A DNA stretch of 63,573 bases, filler included, from Rhabdomonas costata (Eukaryota): assembly GCA_019059605.1 (NCBI GenBank). It is 51 parts of 51 records of this genome, joined end to end, with 100 filler letters (N's around TTAATTAATTAA, not from the genome) between each part and the next. Parts side by side here need not be neighbours in the genome. Positions count along the whole stretch, not along the records: positions 62,429 to 63,573 come from JAHMHO010026248.1; 50 more parts are not named here. One strand, written 5' to 3'. The notes under the pieces were generated by a model that had not been told where the DNA came from, searched no databases, and saw only the letters and a program-made list of their open reading frames with translations. How positions within the stretch are numbered: the stretch's first letter is position 1; the number at the start of each line of letters is the position of its first letter. Both the position numbers and the translations under genes were made by a program. Shown here piece by piece: positions 62,560 to 63,573 of this stretch.

Positions 62560-63204
62560 CTTGATGAAGGTGATCGTTAGAACAAACAGCAGAGGAAGAA
62601 ATGAGATCGCGGCGCCGAACAGCCCCAGCACGATGTTCAGGATGACCACCAGCAGGAAGTACCAGTTGGCCAGGCGGTGAAACTGCTCAATGAGGTTGAG
62701 CTGTGGCAAGGTGAAAGACGGAAAGAGGGAAAGAGGGAAATGCCACAGCAGCCCAAAACCCCAATTTTTTTTTCGTGACCAACAAAAAGGTAAACCACAC
62801 AACCACAATTAGGAGTACGTATACACATCGGATTCCTAAGGCCCGGAATGAAAAAAAAGGACACGTTTGTTGTGACCACGGACATGAAAAAGAGGTTGTT
62901 TTTTTTTTTGCAAATAATTGCAATTGCTAGAAAAAAGAATCCTGCGCATTCCTATCTCGGGCCCAATAAACAAGCAGATATATTGTTGCCACGTACCGGG
63001 GGCAACCTTTGTCCGCGCACGAGAGTGGCAAAGTGGAAGGAAAAGGGTGAAGTGAGGAAAAGGAGACGAGAGGAGAAGGAGAGGGCAGGAAGGGTCACCG
63101 GAATAAAGTTCCAGTAGGTGTACTTAGTGGTGTGCACGGCATTGGTGCAGCTGAGGCGCACCCCATTGTCATCCGGGTCAACGGGAAGCCGCAGATATCT
63201 CGTG
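62560..63204 (-). CDS. P4-type ATPase (phospholipid flippase), N-terminal exons (63204-63099, 62700-62560)
   Basis: NAVHTTKYTYWNFIP|LNLIEQFHRLANWYFLLVVIL...PLLFVLTITFIK is the P4-ATPase N-terminal signature. Confidence 0.93.
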
Positions 63205-63573
63205 CTGAGGCGCGACGCGACGCAGAAGAGCAGGGATTGGGGGGAGGGCTCATCCACATTTGAAAGGCATCCAGGGCCATTCCTTCAACACCAACATTGT
63301 CGAAGGGAGAGCGACATTAAGCGATCAAACATGAAGATTTCTGGAAACTGTTGGAAAACTAAAACTGATCGCCAGTCAAAGTTTCTTTGTTCACTGATCA
63401 GAGAGAAAGGCGGTCGCAAATGAAATGGGCTCTCCGCAATTAAAACGGAGCACACGAATCACACAGAGGAGAAGTGAAAACAGGGGGAAATGCAAAGACA
63501 ATAATGGAATTGGGGCGTTCCCTGTACACTTGTGGGTTTTCTTTGTTTTTTTTTGGGGGGGGGGGGGGAGGTC

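Overview
This window is not a continuous locus. It is an artificial concatenation of 51 unrelated contigs of about 1,145-1,150 bp, joined by 50 identical 100-nt spacers (N44-TTAATTAATTAA-N44, a six-frame stop linker). Adjacency between contigs therefore means nothing, and most listed ORFs are spurious or run into spacers. The contigs come from an intron-rich eukaryote. The G/T-rich 5' ends, A/C-rich 3' ends and four terminal fold-backs point to whole-genome amplification. I can recognise exon fragments of SNF1/AMPK, a MAP3K, PSMA2, HUB1/UBL5, SEC24, ECM29, a ZNFX1-like helicase, a DEAH helicase, D-lactate dehydrogenase, an acyl-CoA thioesterase, MCTP, a P4-ATPase, and IPT/TIG, CW-zinc-finger, SHIPPO-repeat and disintegrin-repeat proteins. 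There are also two bacterial-type hydrolases carrying spliceosomal introns and at least five class III nucleotidyl-cyclase fragments, four of them with substituted catalytic residues. The cyclase expansion and the stem-loop elements suggest a euglenid (inference only). The most interesting signals are: (1) two stem-loop elements with the exact euglenid nonconventional-intron end geometry (N3-CAG...CTG-N5/6|R), nested inside ordinary GT-AG introns at 17783-18066 and 19759-19854; (2) two candidate GA-AG introns sharing the donor CAG|GAATGT, against a background of frequent GC donors; (3) several dispersed or tandem repeat families shared between contigs. All protein assignments come from motif recognition by eye; no database searches were run.
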